62,908 nucleotides of DNA from Alphaproteobacteria bacterium. GTDB lineage: Bacteria > Pseudomonadota > Alphaproteobacteria > RF32 > CAG-239. The DNA lies in NCBI GenBank assembly GCA_045593845.1, contig JAZNXK010000029.1:1-62908 (forward strand), read 5' to 3'. Position 1 is the stretch's first letter, and every line of letters begins with the position of its first letter. Shown here in pieces: positions 28,703 through 39,352 of this stretch. The notes below the pieces were generated by a model. It was not told where the DNA came from. It saw only the letters and a list, made by a program, of their open reading frames with translations, and did not search any database. The translations under genes were made by a program, and so were the position numbers.

Positions 28703-29444
28703 CAGTCGTTTTATGCGCACAAAAGCTCTGCTGGGAGAAAAAAACTTTGCCAAACTTCAACACTCGTCAGTAATGATTATCGGGCTCGGTGCTGTTGGAG
28801 GCTATGCCTTGGAAGCTTTGGCCAGAGCAGGGATTGGTAAGCTTGTTTTGGTCGATTTTGATAAAGTTGATATTACAAATATCAATCGCCAAATTTTAGC
28901 ACTTGATTCTACCATAGGACAAGCTAAAACAGCCATTGCAGCCCAAAGAGTTCATGACATAAATCCTGATTGCAAAATTATAACAAAGGAAATGTTTGTA
29001 AACTCCCAAAATATTGATGAACTTCTGTCCGAAAAAGTTGATTTTGTCGTTGATGCTATTGACGCTCTAAATCCCAAATGTGACTTAATTCAAGCGCTTT
29101 ATCAAAAAAATATTCCTTTTATTTCTTCTATGGGTGCAGCCTTAAAAACAGATGCTTCACATATCAAACTGCAAACCCTGAACAAAACAAAAAATTGCCA
29201 TTTGGCAAGGTTTATTCGCAAACGCCTGAAAAGGCGCGGGGTTGATATTGGTAAAATTCTTTGTGTATCATCCGATGAACAAACAAATTTGCCGGAGACG
29301 GCTCTCTTTTTGGAGAATAATGAGAATTGTTCCAACAATACCAGACAGCGTCATACAATGGGTTCTCTACCGACAATAACTGCCATTTTCGGTCTTACGA
29401 TAGCCAATGCTGTGATTCTTTCTTTGTCAAAGCTTGCAAAATAA
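28695..29444 (+). CDS. tcdA: tRNA threonylcarbamoyladenosine dehydratase (ThiF family)
   Basis: GLGAVGGYALEALARAGIG, DFDKVDITNINRQ, VVDAID, SSMGAA, C-LARFIRKRL; ATG at 28695. Confidence 0.88.
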   Translation: MSDSRFMRTKALLGEKNFAKLQHSSVMIIGLGAVGGYALEALARAGIGKLVLVDFDKVDITNINRQILALDSTIGQAKTAIAAQRVHDINPDCKIITKEMFVNSQNIDELLSEKVDFVVDAIDALNPKCDLIQALYQKNIPFISSMGAALKTDASHIKLQTLNKTKNCHLARFIRKRLKRRGVDIGKILCVSSDEQTNLPETALFLENNENCSNNTRQRHTMGSLPTITAIFGLTIANAVILSLSKLAK

Positions 29445-29497
29445 AATAAATCAACTACAATTTTTTCATATTTGATAATTTTGACGGCAATAAAAAA

Positions 29498-30361
29498 ATG
29501 AAAATGATAAAACCGATAGTTAATGTATCTAAAATAATAGACAATTTTGATGTTGTATTGTGTGGTCTCAACGGGGTTTTGTATGATGGCAACTCATTTA
29601 AGACCGAGGCCGTAAATGCCCTTATCAGACTAAAGAAAAGTGGTAAAAAAATTGTTTTGCTCAGCAATACCGCAATGAGACTGGAGCAGTTAATAAAGTT
29701 GATGTATGAAAATCAAGTTTCACCTCTTCTTTTTGATAATATTGTAACTATGGGTGAAGTATTGCACTACAAATTACAATCAACAGACCCGAAATATACA
29801 TCACTTGGTAAAGTTTACTATAACATGAGTGATGAAGAAGAAGCTGAAGTATTTTCCGGATTAGATTTCTTGATTACCGAAAATTATTCTCAAGCAGACT
29901 TTTTGTATGTTGCCCATTCTTCCCAATTAAATGAAGTCGATAATTATATTGAAGTATTGAGCCATTGTGCCGGATTAGATATTCCTATGTTATGTGTTGG
30001 TGCTGAAAATTCCGCATTCATAAATGGCGAGATTTCTCCTTCTGCAGGGGCTCTTGCCGAGCAATATGCAGCCTTGGGAGGAAAAATCATTCTTTTAGGA
30101 AAACCCGACACAAATATTGCAAAATACACTCTTGAAAATATCCCGTATAGCGAAAGCAACAGAGTTTTGATGATAGGCGACAGTGTGCAAGTGGATATTA
30201 AACTGGCAGATGCTTGCGGTTTTTCGAGTTTGTTAATCAGTAAGGGAATTCATAAAAATTACCTTGGCGAAGGATATATCCCCGATGTCAGCAAAGCCCG
30301 CGAGCTATCGAGCAACTTTGATATATTCCCCGATTACATAATCTCAAATTTGCGCTGGTAG
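29498..30361 (+). CDS. HAD-IIA family hydrolase homolog (TIGR01459-like), motif I Asp missing
   Basis: LCGLNGVLYDG, LLSN, GKPD, MIGDSVQVDI. Confidence 0.8.
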   Translation: MKMIKPIVNVSKIIDNFDVVLCGLNGVLYDGNSFKTEAVNALIRLKKSGKKIVLLSNTAMRLEQLIKLMYENQVSPLLFDNIVTMGEVLHYKLQSTDPKYTSLGKVYYNMSDEEEAEVFSGLDFLITENYSQADFLYVAHSSQLNEVDNYIEVLSHCAGLDIPMLCVGAENSAFINGEISPSAGALAEQYAALGGKIILLGKPDTNIAKYTLENIPYSESNRVLMIGDSVQVDIKLADACGFSSLLISKGIHKNYLGEGYIPDVSKARELSSNFDIFPDYIISNLRW

Positions 30362-30365
30362 TTTT

Positions 30366-32165
30366 TTAAGATATTTCCTCTGCCAATAATGAAATTTCTA
30401 GCCATTGATCTTCAGCTTCAGATTTTTGATTCTGAATTTCTTTCAACTCATCCGTAAGAGCAAAAAACTCTTCTCTGTTGTTTTGATACAAATCTGCATC
30501 CGAAAGTCTTTGGGAAATATCAATAATCTTATTTTCAAGTTCCGTAATTTTATCCGGTAAAATTTGCAACAATCGCTGCTGATTATAAGTCAGTTTTTTC
30601 TGCGGAATAACTTTTGGTCGCTCCTGTTTTTGTGTCTGTTTATTCTTATCGCTTTTTATAGCAACCGGTTTTTGCTTTTCCAAAAAATCGGAATAACTTC
30701 CGACATATTCTTCAACACTCCCGTCACCCTTCATATATATAATGGATGTAACCAACTTGTCCAAAAAATCTCTGTCATGGCTGACAACAATCATTGTTCC
30801 ATCATATTCACTCAATATTTCTTGTAACAAGTCGAGAGTGTCCATATCCAAATCGTTCGTCGGCTCATCAAGCAGCAAAAAATTTGATGGTTGTGACAAT
30901 ATTTTTGCCAGCATAAGTCGATTCTTTTCCCCGCCGGACAGGGTTGCAACAGGCGATTTAGCTTGTTCCGGAGTAAAAAGAAAATCTTTAAGATAAGCAA
31001 CAACATGGCGATATGATCCTCTAACCCAAAGATGGTCTCCTTCATCACAAAGTGTTTGCCACAAAGTTTTTTGAGGATTTAAGCTGAAGCGATTCTGATC
31101 AAAATAAGCTTCTTGCAAATTTTTACCGATTCTTACAAACCCCTCATCAGGTTGCAATTTTTTAGTCAGCAATTTAATCAAAGTAGTTTTTCCGGCACCG
31201 TTAGGTCCGACGATTCCGATTCTATTTCCTCTGATGACCTTAATGGAAAAATCTTTTACGATAGGTCTGTTCTCAAAGCTTTTGGATATATGTTTTGCCT
31301 CAAGCACAATTTTAGATTTCCATAAAGTATTCTCCACATCAATATTGACATTTCCGATTTGTTTAATTTGTTCTCGTCTTTCTTGTCTTAATTGCAATAA
31401 CCTTCTCAAACGCCCTTGATTGCGACGCCTTCTTGCCGTAACTCCCTTGTGCAACCACTCGGTTTCTTCAGCCAATTTCTTATCCAAATATTTTTGGGCG
31501 ATAATTTCTTGTTCAATAACTTGCTCTTGCCATTCCTCAAAAAACTCAAACCCCTTGTTATTTCTGCGCATAATTCCTCTATCGAGCCAGAAAGTAGTTT
31601 TTGAAATTTTGCGTAAAAAATATCTGTCGTGGCTAATCAAAACAACTGCCCCTGGAAAATTAGCAATAATCTTCTCAAGTATTTCGATAGTCGGCATATC
31701 CAAATGGTTTGTCGGTTCATCCAACAGCAAAATGTCCGGCTCCGAAACCAAAGCTTTTGCAAGAGTTGCTTTCCGTCTTTCTCCTCCGGATGCTTTTTCC
31801 GGAGATTGTTCTCCGGCAATACCTAGTTGCTCAATCAATATTTGTGCTTTGTATTCCGAAGACAAATCATTTTTTTCCAATCCCGATAACACAACATCAC
31901 GCAAAGTTTTATATTCCGCAAGGTCTGCATCTTGAGGCATATAACCTATTTTTGTTGCCGGCTGAATAAAAATTTCTCCGTCATCAACATCTTGCAATCC
32001 GGCAATAATTTTTAATAGCGTAGATTTTCCCGAGCCGTTTCTTCCAATCAAAGAAATTTTATCTCCGCGATTTATATAAAGCTCAATACTGCGAAAAAGT
32101 TGATTAGTACCAAAACGTAATTTTACATCTTTTAATGTATATATAGGCGGCTCAAAGTTACTCAT
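30366..32165 (-). CDS. uup: ABC-F family ATPase (Uup-like)
   Basis: Two ABC domains (GRNGSGKST, GPNGAGKTT, LLDEPTN twice), GVTARRRRNQGR linker, C-terminal coiled coil, no TM segments. Confidence 0.9.
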   Translation of the reverse strand: MSNFEPPIYTLKDVKLRFGTNQLFRSIELYINRGDKISLIGRNGSGKSTLLKIIAGLQDVDDGEIFIQPATKIGYMPQDADLAEYKTLRDVVLSGLEKNDLSSEYKAQILIEQLGIAGEQSPEKASGGERRKATLAKALVSEPDILLLDEPTNHLDMPTIEILEKIIANFPGAVVLISHDRYFLRKISKTTFWLDRGIMRRNNKGFEFFEEWQEQVIEQEIIAQKYLDKKLAEETEWLHKGVTARRRRNQGRLRRLLQLRQERREQIKQIGNVNIDVENTLWKSKIVLEAKHISKSFENRPIVKDFSIKVIRGNRIGIVGPNGAGKTTLIKLLTKKLQPDEGFVRIGKNLQEAYFDQNRFSLNPQKTLWQTLCDEGDHLWVRGSYRHVVAYLKDFLFTPEQAKSPVATLSGGEKNRLMLAKILSQPSNFLLLDEPTNDLDMDTLDLLQEILSEYDGTMIVVSHDRDFLDKLVTSIIYMKGDGSVEEYVGSYSDFLEKQKPVAIKSDKNKQTQKQERPKVIPQKKLTYNQQRLLQILPDKITELENKIIDISQRLSDADLYQNNREEFFALTDELKEIQNQKSEAEDQWLEISLLAEEIS

Positions 32166-32301
32166 ATTTTCCTCAAATTCTTGTTGAATAAAACTTATAA
32201 CGCAAACATTATCAAAAATAAAGATAATTCACAAATAAAGTTTGAATATCGCTGATTTTTGTATATTATAAAAATAGCTTTTATCATTATTAGGATTTAT
32301 C

Positions 32302-33483
32302 ATGAAGAAAATTTTAGTTTTTTTGGCCTGTTCGCTAATTGCGTCCAATGCCTTTGCTGAAAAAGATTTGTCACTCATAGACCTTTTTGGCGAAGAAGAT
32401 ACAAAAAAAGAAGAAACATCAAAAGGCGATAAGGCTATTCAAAAAGAAACAAATGATGCTTCATCCGCAAAAGAGGAGCAAATAACTGAAGAAGAGCAAA
32501 AATCTAAATTTTCAGAATTTTTCTCCTTTTTGAATATTCCGTTTTTTAGGAACAAAGATACACTAAATCAACCGGAACTGGTCAGACAAAAGAATGAACC
32601 CCAAGAAAGCTATGAGCAACGTGTGGAAAAAACGGCCGAAACAGGTGATGTTGATACATTCCTCACATTGGGATATATGTATTTGTTTGGTGAAAACGGG
32701 GTAGAAAAGGACGAGAAAAAAGCCTTTAAATACTATGAGATGGCTGCCAAAAAAGATGATGTTATAGCGCTGAACAACTTGGGAAGTTTGTATTACAGCG
32801 GCATAGGAACGGAAAAAAATGTCGCTGAAGCTACAAAGTTGTTTGAAAAAGCAACACAACTCGGTAACTATGAATCAGGTGTAAATCTTGCCTTTATATA
32901 TTTGACACAGAACTCAAATCCCGATGCAAAAATGCGCAGCACAATTGTTCGCTTATTCAATCAGGCCGCCGAAGCCGATAATATCGTTGCGCAATACATG
33001 ATGGGAATGATATACTACAAAGGTTATGCTATAGCTAAAAATGATGTAAAAGCATTTAATTATATAAGACAGGCAGCCAGATCATATGATGAAGCGCAAT
33101 ATAAATTGGCAGAAATGTATATAAATGCCGAAGGAACAACCCTAAATTATAAAAAAGCCGTCATTAATTTTACAAAAGCTGCAAAGCAGGGAAATATAAA
33201 AGCAATGATAACTTTGGCTGATATATTATCGGAAGGCAAAAATTATCCGAAAAACGACTATGATGCCTATATTTGGTATAATATTGCATCCGTTTCCAAT
33301 CCAGATGAAGCAATTGAAAAAAGAGATGAGACAGAGAAAAAACTTCAGATAGAAGTAATATTGCAAGCTCAAGAGACTGCTGAAAATTTCAAACCGGAGC
33401 CAAGCGAAATAACAACCTATGTCCGTAAAACATTTGGCGAAAATATTGCTGATTATTTAAAAACAACAAAGGCGCAAAACTAA
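32302..33483 (+). CDS. Secreted Sel1-repeat protein
   Basis: Signal peptide; repeats LGYMYLFGENGVEKD..KA, ALNNLGSLYYSGIG, AQYMMGMIYYKG, AQYKLAEMY. Confidence 0.9.
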   Translation: MKKILVFLACSLIASNAFAEKDLSLIDLFGEEDTKKEETSKGDKAIQKETNDASSAKEEQITEEEQKSKFSEFFSFLNIPFFRNKDTLNQPELVRQKNEPQESYEQRVEKTAETGDVDTFLTLGYMYLFGENGVEKDEKKAFKYYEMAAKKDDVIALNNLGSLYYSGIGTEKNVAEATKLFEKATQLGNYESGVNLAFIYLTQNSNPDAKMRSTIVRLFNQAAEADNIVAQYMMGMIYYKGYAIAKNDVKAFNYIRQAARSYDEAQYKLAEMYINAEGTTLNYKKAVINFTKAAKQGNIKAMITLADILSEGKNYPKNDYDAYIWYNIASVSNPDEAIEKRDETEKKLQIEVILQAQETAENFKPEPSEITTYVRKTFGENIADYLKTTKAQN

Positions 33484-33520
33484 AAATTTTGCGCCTCTAT
33501 CAATTAAAAAGAATTTAGGG

Positions 33521-35449
33521 TTAGAAAGAATGAGGCATTCTCGCTTCTTCTTTCAGTGATTTTACAAACTCATCAACACTCATAACCATTTGTTTGTCAA
33601 CACCGAGACGGCGAACCGTAACCGTGCCGGTTTCTTTTTCTTTTGCTCCGACAACGGCAATAACAGGAATTTTTGCCATAGAATGTTCACGAACTTTATA
33701 GTTAATTTTCTCATTACGCAAATCAGTTTTTGCAGACAATCCGGCTGCTTTCAGCTTATTTGCAACTTCGGTTGCATAACCGTCAAATTCACTCACAATA
33801 GGAGCAACGACAACTTGTTCCGGAGACAACCACAAAGGCAACTTTCCGGCATGATGTTCAATTAAAATACCCAAAAATCTTTCAATAGAACCAAACAATG
33901 CGCGGTGCAACATAACCGGTTGATGTTTTTCGCCATCTTCACCGATATATGAAATATCAAAGCGCTGCGGCAAGTTCATATCCACCTGAATTGTTCCGCA
34001 TTGCCATTCGCGACCGATGGCATCACGCAAAATAAATTCTAATTTCGGACCATAAAAAGCACCTTCACCGGCATTGATTTCAAATTTATACCCATGCGAG
34101 GTTAGAGCATTAGCCAAAGCATTTTCGCACAAATCCCAAATTTCATCTGAACCAATTCTATAAATACTGTCCGGTCTGGTAGAAAGATAAATTTTAACAT
34201 CCTCAAATCCAAAATCTTTATAAATATCCAAAATAAGTTTTAAGGTTGTAATACACTCTTCTTCCATTTGTTCAGGTGTGCAGAAAATATGAGCATCATC
34301 TTGTGTAAACTCTCTAACTCTCATCAATCCCATCAAAGAGCCGGAAGCCTCATAACGATTAACCATGCCAAACTCGGCCATACGCAAGGGCAAATCACGA
34401 TAAGATTTAATTCCCTGTTTATACACCAAAAGTCCGCCCGGGCAATTCATCGGCTTAACACAGAATACCTTTCCGTCTTCCGTTTTACCGGAATAGTTAT
34501 GAGCACCGTATTTGTCCCAGTGCCCTGAGGTTTCCCACAAAACTCTATCCATAATACGCGGTGTCGCAATTTCAATATATCCGTTTTGCTCCTGACGACT
34601 GCGCATATATTCAATCAATCTGCGATAAATGCGATATCCCTTATCGTGCCAAAAGACAGCACCTGGGGCATATTCAGGCTCAAAATGGAATAAATCCATC
34701 TCTTTTCCCAATTTGCGGTGGTCTCTTTTTGCTGCTTCTTCAAGCATGGTCAAATAAGCATCCAAATCCTTCTTATTAGCCCAAGCAGTTGCATAAATAC
34801 GTTGTAACATTTCCTTTGAGGAGTCGCCGCGCCAATATGCTCCGGCAACTTTCATCAGCTTAAAAGCGTCACCGATTTTTCCTGTTGAAGGAACGTGCGG
34901 ACCGCGGCACAAATCTGTAAAATTGCCCTGCGAATAAAGAGATATAATCTCATCTTCCGGCAAGTCCTCAATCAACTCAACTTTATAATGTTCTCCGATA
35001 GACTTAAAATAAGCAATAGCCTCATTTCTCGGTAAGACTTTACGCGTAACTTTTTCATCGCGTTTAACAATTTCATGCATTTTAGCTTCAATTTTTTCAA
35101 AATCCTCGGTCGTAAAAGGCTCTTTACGCGAAAAGTCATAATAAAAACCGTTTTCAATAGCAGGACCAATCGTAACTTGAACATCGGGCCACAATTCCTT
35201 AACTGCTTCTGCCATAACGTGCGAGCAAGAGTGGCGCAAAACATCCAGTCCCTCTTTATCTTTGGTTGTAATTATAGTCACGGTTGCATCAGTGTTAATT
35301 GTTGTGTTCAAATCTTGTAATTTATCATTAACCTTAACCGCTAAAGCATTTTTTGCTAGACCGGCACTAATCTTTTCAGCAACATCCATTCCCGAAACAT
35401 TGCCTTCAAAATTGATAACACTACCATCTGGTAATTTTATAGCAACCAT
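33521..35449 (-). CDS. thrS: Threonine--tRNA ligase
   Basis: TGS domain, RHSCSH, DLCRGPH, RDHRKLG, KPMNCP, RVREFTQDDAH, MLHRA. Confidence 0.98.
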   Translation of the reverse strand: MVAIKLPDGSVINFEGNVSGMDVAEKISAGLAKNALAVKVNDKLQDLNTTINTDATVTIITTKDKEGLDVLRHSCSHVMAEAVKELWPDVQVTIGPAIENGFYYDFSRKEPFTTEDFEKIEAKMHEIVKRDEKVTRKVLPRNEAIAYFKSIGEHYKVELIEDLPEDEIISLYSQGNFTDLCRGPHVPSTGKIGDAFKLMKVAGAYWRGDSSKEMLQRIYATAWANKKDLDAYLTMLEEAAKRDHRKLGKEMDLFHFEPEYAPGAVFWHDKGYRIYRRLIEYMRSRQEQNGYIEIATPRIMDRVLWETSGHWDKYGAHNYSGKTEDGKVFCVKPMNCPGGLLVYKQGIKSYRDLPLRMAEFGMVNRYEASGSLMGLMRVREFTQDDAHIFCTPEQMEEECITTLKLILDIYKDFGFEDVKIYLSTRPDSIYRIGSDEIWDLCENALANALTSHGYKFEINAGEGAFYGPKLEFILRDAIGREWQCGTIQVDMNLPQRFDISYIGEDGEKHQPVMLHRALFGSIERFLGILIEHHAGKLPLWLSPEQVVVAPIVSEFDGYATEVANKLKAAGLSAKTDLRNEKINYKVREHSMAKIPVIAVVGAKEKETGTVTVRRLGVDKQMVMSVDEFVKSLKEEARMPHSF

Positions 35450-35470
35450 ATTTATATTCCTTTGTTTAAA

Positions 35471-36622
35471 TTAAATTTTTAATACTTCTTCATACACATC
35501 GATAGTTTTACTACACATAATCTGCTTGGTAAAATTATCGTTTACATTTTTAATCGCTGCCGCTGACATAGCTTTTCTCTCTGTCAAAGGCATATCAAGC
35601 GCCCAATCAATGGCATCTGCCAAAGATTTTGCATTATTGCTTTGGAACAACTTTCCGCTGACTCCGTCAATCAAATTTTCCAAAGATCCTCCGATATTGG
35701 AAGCCAGAACAATTTTGCCCATTGCTTGCCCCTCAATCGCAGCCCTTCCGAAAGCCTCGGGTTCGGTAGCGGTTGATAGCACAATATCCGAAACCATTAA
35801 CAGTGCCGGAATATCAAAACTTTCTCCGATAAATTGGATTCTGTCATCCACTTTCAATTTTTTTGCCAGTTCTTTTAATTCATTGGTATATTTTACTCTT
35901 CCTTGGTCAGAACCGACAATTATGGCATAAGCCTCCTTATGTTTAATCAAAGACATCGCTTCGACCAATAAGTGTTGACCTTTCCAACGCGTAATTCTTC
36001 CGACAAGAGCAATAATAGGCCTGTCTTCAGGCAAATTGTTATCGGAAATAGTGCGAATAATTCTTTCTTGAGAAACAGATTTAGGTGAAAACTTTTCGAT
36101 ATCAACACATCTCGGAATAAGACGAATTTTTTCCGGATTTACCTGATAGTTAAGGAGTATATGCTTTTTTATATGCTCGGAAATCGCAATAATCAATTCT
36201 CCGAAAGTCATAACCTTATTATAAACCTTTTTAATTCCTTTAGGTCCCAATCCGTAAGTTCCATGAAAAGTCGTCATATATTTTACACCTGCTCTTTTTG
36301 CCGCCCAATATGCGCTCCATGCAGGGGCGCGTGAGCGTGCATGCACAATATTTACGCCGTTTTCTTTGATAAACTTTTCAAGTTTCAATGAGTTCAAATA
36401 CATCCTAATGGGATTTTTCGTTTTTAAGGGCAAAGTAAAATGCGGCACCCCCAACTTATTGAGTTCGTACACTAAACGACCGCCTTTAGATGCGACAAAA
36501 TTAACATACCCACGTTGTTTTAATGCTTCTGCCACCTGAATAGTGCCCCACTCGACACCGCCATGCTCAAGTTCCGGCAAAATCTGCAAAACAACAGGTT
36601 TTTCTTCTTTACTTTTAGCCAT
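35471..36622 (-). CDS. Glycosyltransferase family 4 protein
   Basis: LQILPELEHGGVE, HARSRAPAW, TTFHG, GRITRWKGQ, PEAFGRAAIEGQAMG. Confidence 0.92.
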   Translation of the reverse strand: MAKSKEEKPVVLQILPELEHGGVEWGTIQVAEALKQRGYVNFVASKGGRLVYELNKLGVPHFTLPLKTKNPIRMYLNSLKLEKFIKENGVNIVHARSRAPAWSAYWAAKRAGVKYMTTFHGTYGLGPKGIKKVYNKVMTFGELIIAISEHIKKHILLNYQVNPEKIRLIPRCVDIEKFSPKSVSQERIIRTISDNNLPEDRPIIALVGRITRWKGQHLLVEAMSLIKHKEAYAIIVGSDQGRVKYTNELKELAKKLKVDDRIQFIGESFDIPALLMVSDIVLSTATEPEAFGRAAIEGQAMGKIVLASNIGGSLENLIDGVSGKLFQSNNAKSLADAIDWALDMPLTERKAMSAAAIKNVNDNFTKQIMCSKTIDVYEEVLKI

Positions 36623-36679
36623 TTTAACAGTATAGTCCCAAATATATTAACAAAACTTTCTTCTAAAATAGGTAACAAT

Positions 36680-37420
36680 ATGCAAAAATACACTTTTAAT
36701 TCTCACTTTGCAACAGATTTTGAATATATTAAACCCAAAAATAATTTACCAACGATTTTATATCTTCACGGATTTTGTTCAAATGCTTGGGGGCAAAAAC
36801 CCGAAACGGTAAAACAAGAATGCATAAAACATGGTATTGGCATTGTCCGCTTTGACTTTGCCGGACACGGTAGTGACAATGATAATTTTATGCGGGTTGA
36901 CTTTAATATTTGGCTTGAACAAGCTTCAGAGATTGTGGAAAAAGTGATTAAAGGCGATATTGTTCTTATCGGCTCGTCAATGGGTGGATGGATAGCAATG
37001 TTGCTTGCTATAAAATATCCCGACAGGGTAAAAGGCTTGATTGGCTTGGCGGCAGCGCCCAATTTTATAAAATCATTTGAAAAAGTCATAAGCGAACAGC
37101 AAAAATTCGATTTGCAGACTAAAGGATATTTTAATTTTGTTAATAACGATTTTACCTATACAATTACAGACAAATTCATAGAAACAGCACTTAAAGCATG
37201 TTTGCCGGAAGAAGAAAATTGGCCGATATATTGCCCCGTTCATCTGATTCAAGGTATGAGAGATGCAAGTTTGCATTGGCAAAAGGTTTTACAACTTGCG
37301 CAACAAATAATCTCTGACAAGGTAGAAATAAAGCTTCTGAAAAACTCAAATCACCGATTGAATGACGAAACGGCACTTCAAGAGCTGCGGCAATCGATAG
37401 TAAATATTGTGAATATCTGA
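36680..37420 (+). CDS. Alpha/beta hydrolase (ABHD10-like)
   Basis: YLHGF, RFDFAGHGS, GSSMGGW nucleophile elbow, IQGMRD, NHRL; ATG at 36680. Confidence 0.9.
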   Translation: MQKYTFNSHFATDFEYIKPKNNLPTILYLHGFCSNAWGQKPETVKQECIKHGIGIVRFDFAGHGSDNDNFMRVDFNIWLEQASEIVEKVIKGDIVLIGSSMGGWIAMLLAIKYPDRVKGLIGLAAAPNFIKSFEKVISEQQKFDLQTKGYFNFVNNDFTYTITDKFIETALKACLPEEENWPIYCPVHLIQGMRDASLHWQKVLQLAQQIISDKVEIKLLKNSNHRLNDETALQELRQSIVNIVNI

Positions 37421-37441
37421 TAATAAGTATTTCTCTATAAT

Positions 37442-37457
37442 TTAAAAATCAGTTAAC
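37442..37457 (+). promoter_or_regulatory. CtrA-box-like motif
   Basis: TTAA-AAATCAG-TTAAC (TTAA-N7-TTAAC) upstream of the fliG-like/flhG operon. Confidence 0.55.
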
Positions 37458-37489
37458 ATGCCATCGTAAGAAATTGTAGAGAGAAAAAA

Positions 37490-38542
37490 GTGAGTGCTTG
37501 TCATAAAATAGATAAAAGCATGGTTTTTACGGCTTTCTTTTGTGCCATAGCTGCATTTGTTTGCGGTTTTGTGTTCTGTTTGGCATTGTTGAGCGGTAAT
37601 GAAAGCTGCTATTTCCTTGTCCAAAATTTTTGGGTTTCAACGCGCGCATACAAGATAATTCAATACATAAGCCAACAAAGTGCCGATACATTGTTTAATT
37701 ATTCCATTGTCGGTCTAATCGGCTTGTTGTGCCTGATCATTATATGGCAAGGGTTCAAAAAGCTGTTTTCCAAAGAGTGTAATGATAATGTGACGCAAGA
37801 TAGCAGTTCCGAAGAAAACGAAGAAGAAATCGGCACAACAGAAGAAGAAAGTTCGGATTCCAAGATTGAAAATCTCTATGAAAATTGGTCTTCGCTAAAC
37901 TCTGTTCAGCCCGAGGTTTTAGCCTCATATCTCCAAAATGAATATCCGCAAATTTCCGCTATTGCAATTTCTCAACTCAGTGCAGAGCAGGGGGCTGCAG
38001 TATTATCAAGAATGAATTCTAGTTTTGCTGCAGTTACCATAACCCAAATGATTACGGCTCATCCTCTCGATTCTCAAATAATTTCCAGACTTGGCAAAGC
38101 AATAGCCAAAGATATTCTCCATGGTGCAAAAAATAACGGACTTTTGCAAGTTTCATCAATTTGGAATCTCCTTGATGACGACACGGCAGAACAAATAATG
38201 TCATTCCTTATTGGATATGCTCCGGATGTGGCTGAATTGATAGCTAAAAGACCTATCGTCTTTGAAGATTTGTGTCGTCTGCCTATATCTCAAATTCAGG
38301 AAATTATTTCAAAAACAGAAGAAGCCAAACTTGTAATTGCCCTTTTGGGAGCATCTGACAACGTTCGTGAGCGCTTTTATCAGGCAATGAACGACCGTCA
38401 AAGCAAAATTGTTCGTGAAGCTTTGCAACGTTTGGATTCGGTCAATCTGAACGAAATTCAGAAAGCACAAAAAAATATAGTATTGCAAAGCAAAAAAATC
38501 TTTTCTGCAAAAAATATGGATGCACCCGATAACTTATTTTAG
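37490..38542 (+). CDS. Membrane-anchored FliG middle/C-terminal domain protein
   Basis: Two N-terminal hydrophobic helices and an acidic linker, then LASYLQNEYPQ (EHPQ motif), VFEDL, LVIALLGAS...MNDRQ...EIQKAQKNIV. Confidence 0.75.
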   Translation: MSACHKIDKSMVFTAFFCAIAAFVCGFVFCLALLSGNESCYFLVQNFWVSTRAYKIIQYISQQSADTLFNYSIVGLIGLLCLIIIWQGFKKLFSKECNDNVTQDSSSEENEEEIGTTEEESSDSKIENLYENWSSLNSVQPEVLASYLQNEYPQISAIAISQLSAEQGAAVLSRMNSSFAAVTITQMITAHPLDSQIISRLGKAIAKDILHGAKNNGLLQVSSIWNLLDDDTAEQIMSFLIGYAPDVAELIAKRPIVFEDLCRLPISQIQEIISKTEEAKLVIALLGASDNVRERFYQAMNDRQSKIVREALQRLDSVNLNEIQKAQKNIVLQSKKIFSAKNMDAPDNLF

Positions 38543-38557
38543 CAAAAGATTGAGAGT

Positions 38558-39352
38558 ATGACAAATATTCAGCGCAATTATCCTCGAACAGAAATCGGCA
38601 ATATTTTTCCTTCTCACGATAATATGACAGCAATTGTTTCCGGCAAAGGTGGTGTCGGAAAAACTTGGTTTGCCATAACATTGGCTCACGCATTGAGTTA
38701 TTTAAAAAATAAAATTCTTTTTTTTGACGGCGATTTAGGACTATCAAATATCGATAATCAGCTCGGGCTTGGAATATCTCACGACATAGGCTGCGCCGTT
38801 ACCGGTGTGATTACCCTAAACCAAATAATTACCAACAGTGACAAAGGGCATTTTGATGTAATCGCAGGACGTTCAGGCTCCGCAAAACTGACATCCATGC
38901 CTGTGGGACGGCTCCAAATTTTGGCTGAAGATTTGCTGTTATTGTCCCCAAATTATGACCAGGTTTTGTTGGATATGGATAACGGTAATGACCGCTCTGT
39001 GCGCATTCTTGCGGGAAAATCAGGCAATATAATTGTTGTCTGTACTGATGAACCCAGTTCACTGACCGAGGCTTACGGTATTATAAAGGCGATGTCATCC
39101 CAATATCCTCAAAGCGGTATTTCCGTAGTAGTTAATCAGGCAGAAACACTGCAAGCTGGACAAATGACCTATGAAATCCTGCGCAAAGCATGTCATTCTT
39201 ATTTAGATATTACACCGCCGTTGCTCGGAATTGTGCGTAGAGATGCAAGAGTTCGTGATGCAATACGCAACCAAATGCCCATAATAACCCGTTATCCAAC
39301 TTCAGAAGCGGCAAAAGACGTCATGGAAATAGCAAGAAAGTTACAACAATGA
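38558..39352 (+). CDS. FlhG/MinD-like ParA family ATPase
   Basis: SGKGGVGKT, DGDLGLSNID, IAGRSG, DEPSSLTEAY, VVVNQA, VRDAIRNQ. Confidence 0.88.
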   Translation: MTNIQRNYPRTEIGNIFPSHDNMTAIVSGKGGVGKTWFAITLAHALSYLKNKILFFDGDLGLSNIDNQLGLGISHDIGCAVTGVITLNQIITNSDKGHFDVIAGRSGSAKLTSMPVGRLQILAEDLLLLSPNYDQVLLDMDNGNDRSVRILAGKSGNIIVVCTDEPSSLTEAYGIIKAMSSQYPQSGISVVVNQAETLQAGQMTYEILRKACHSYLDITPPLLGIVRRDARVRDAIRNQMPIITRYPTSEAAKDVMEIARKLQQ

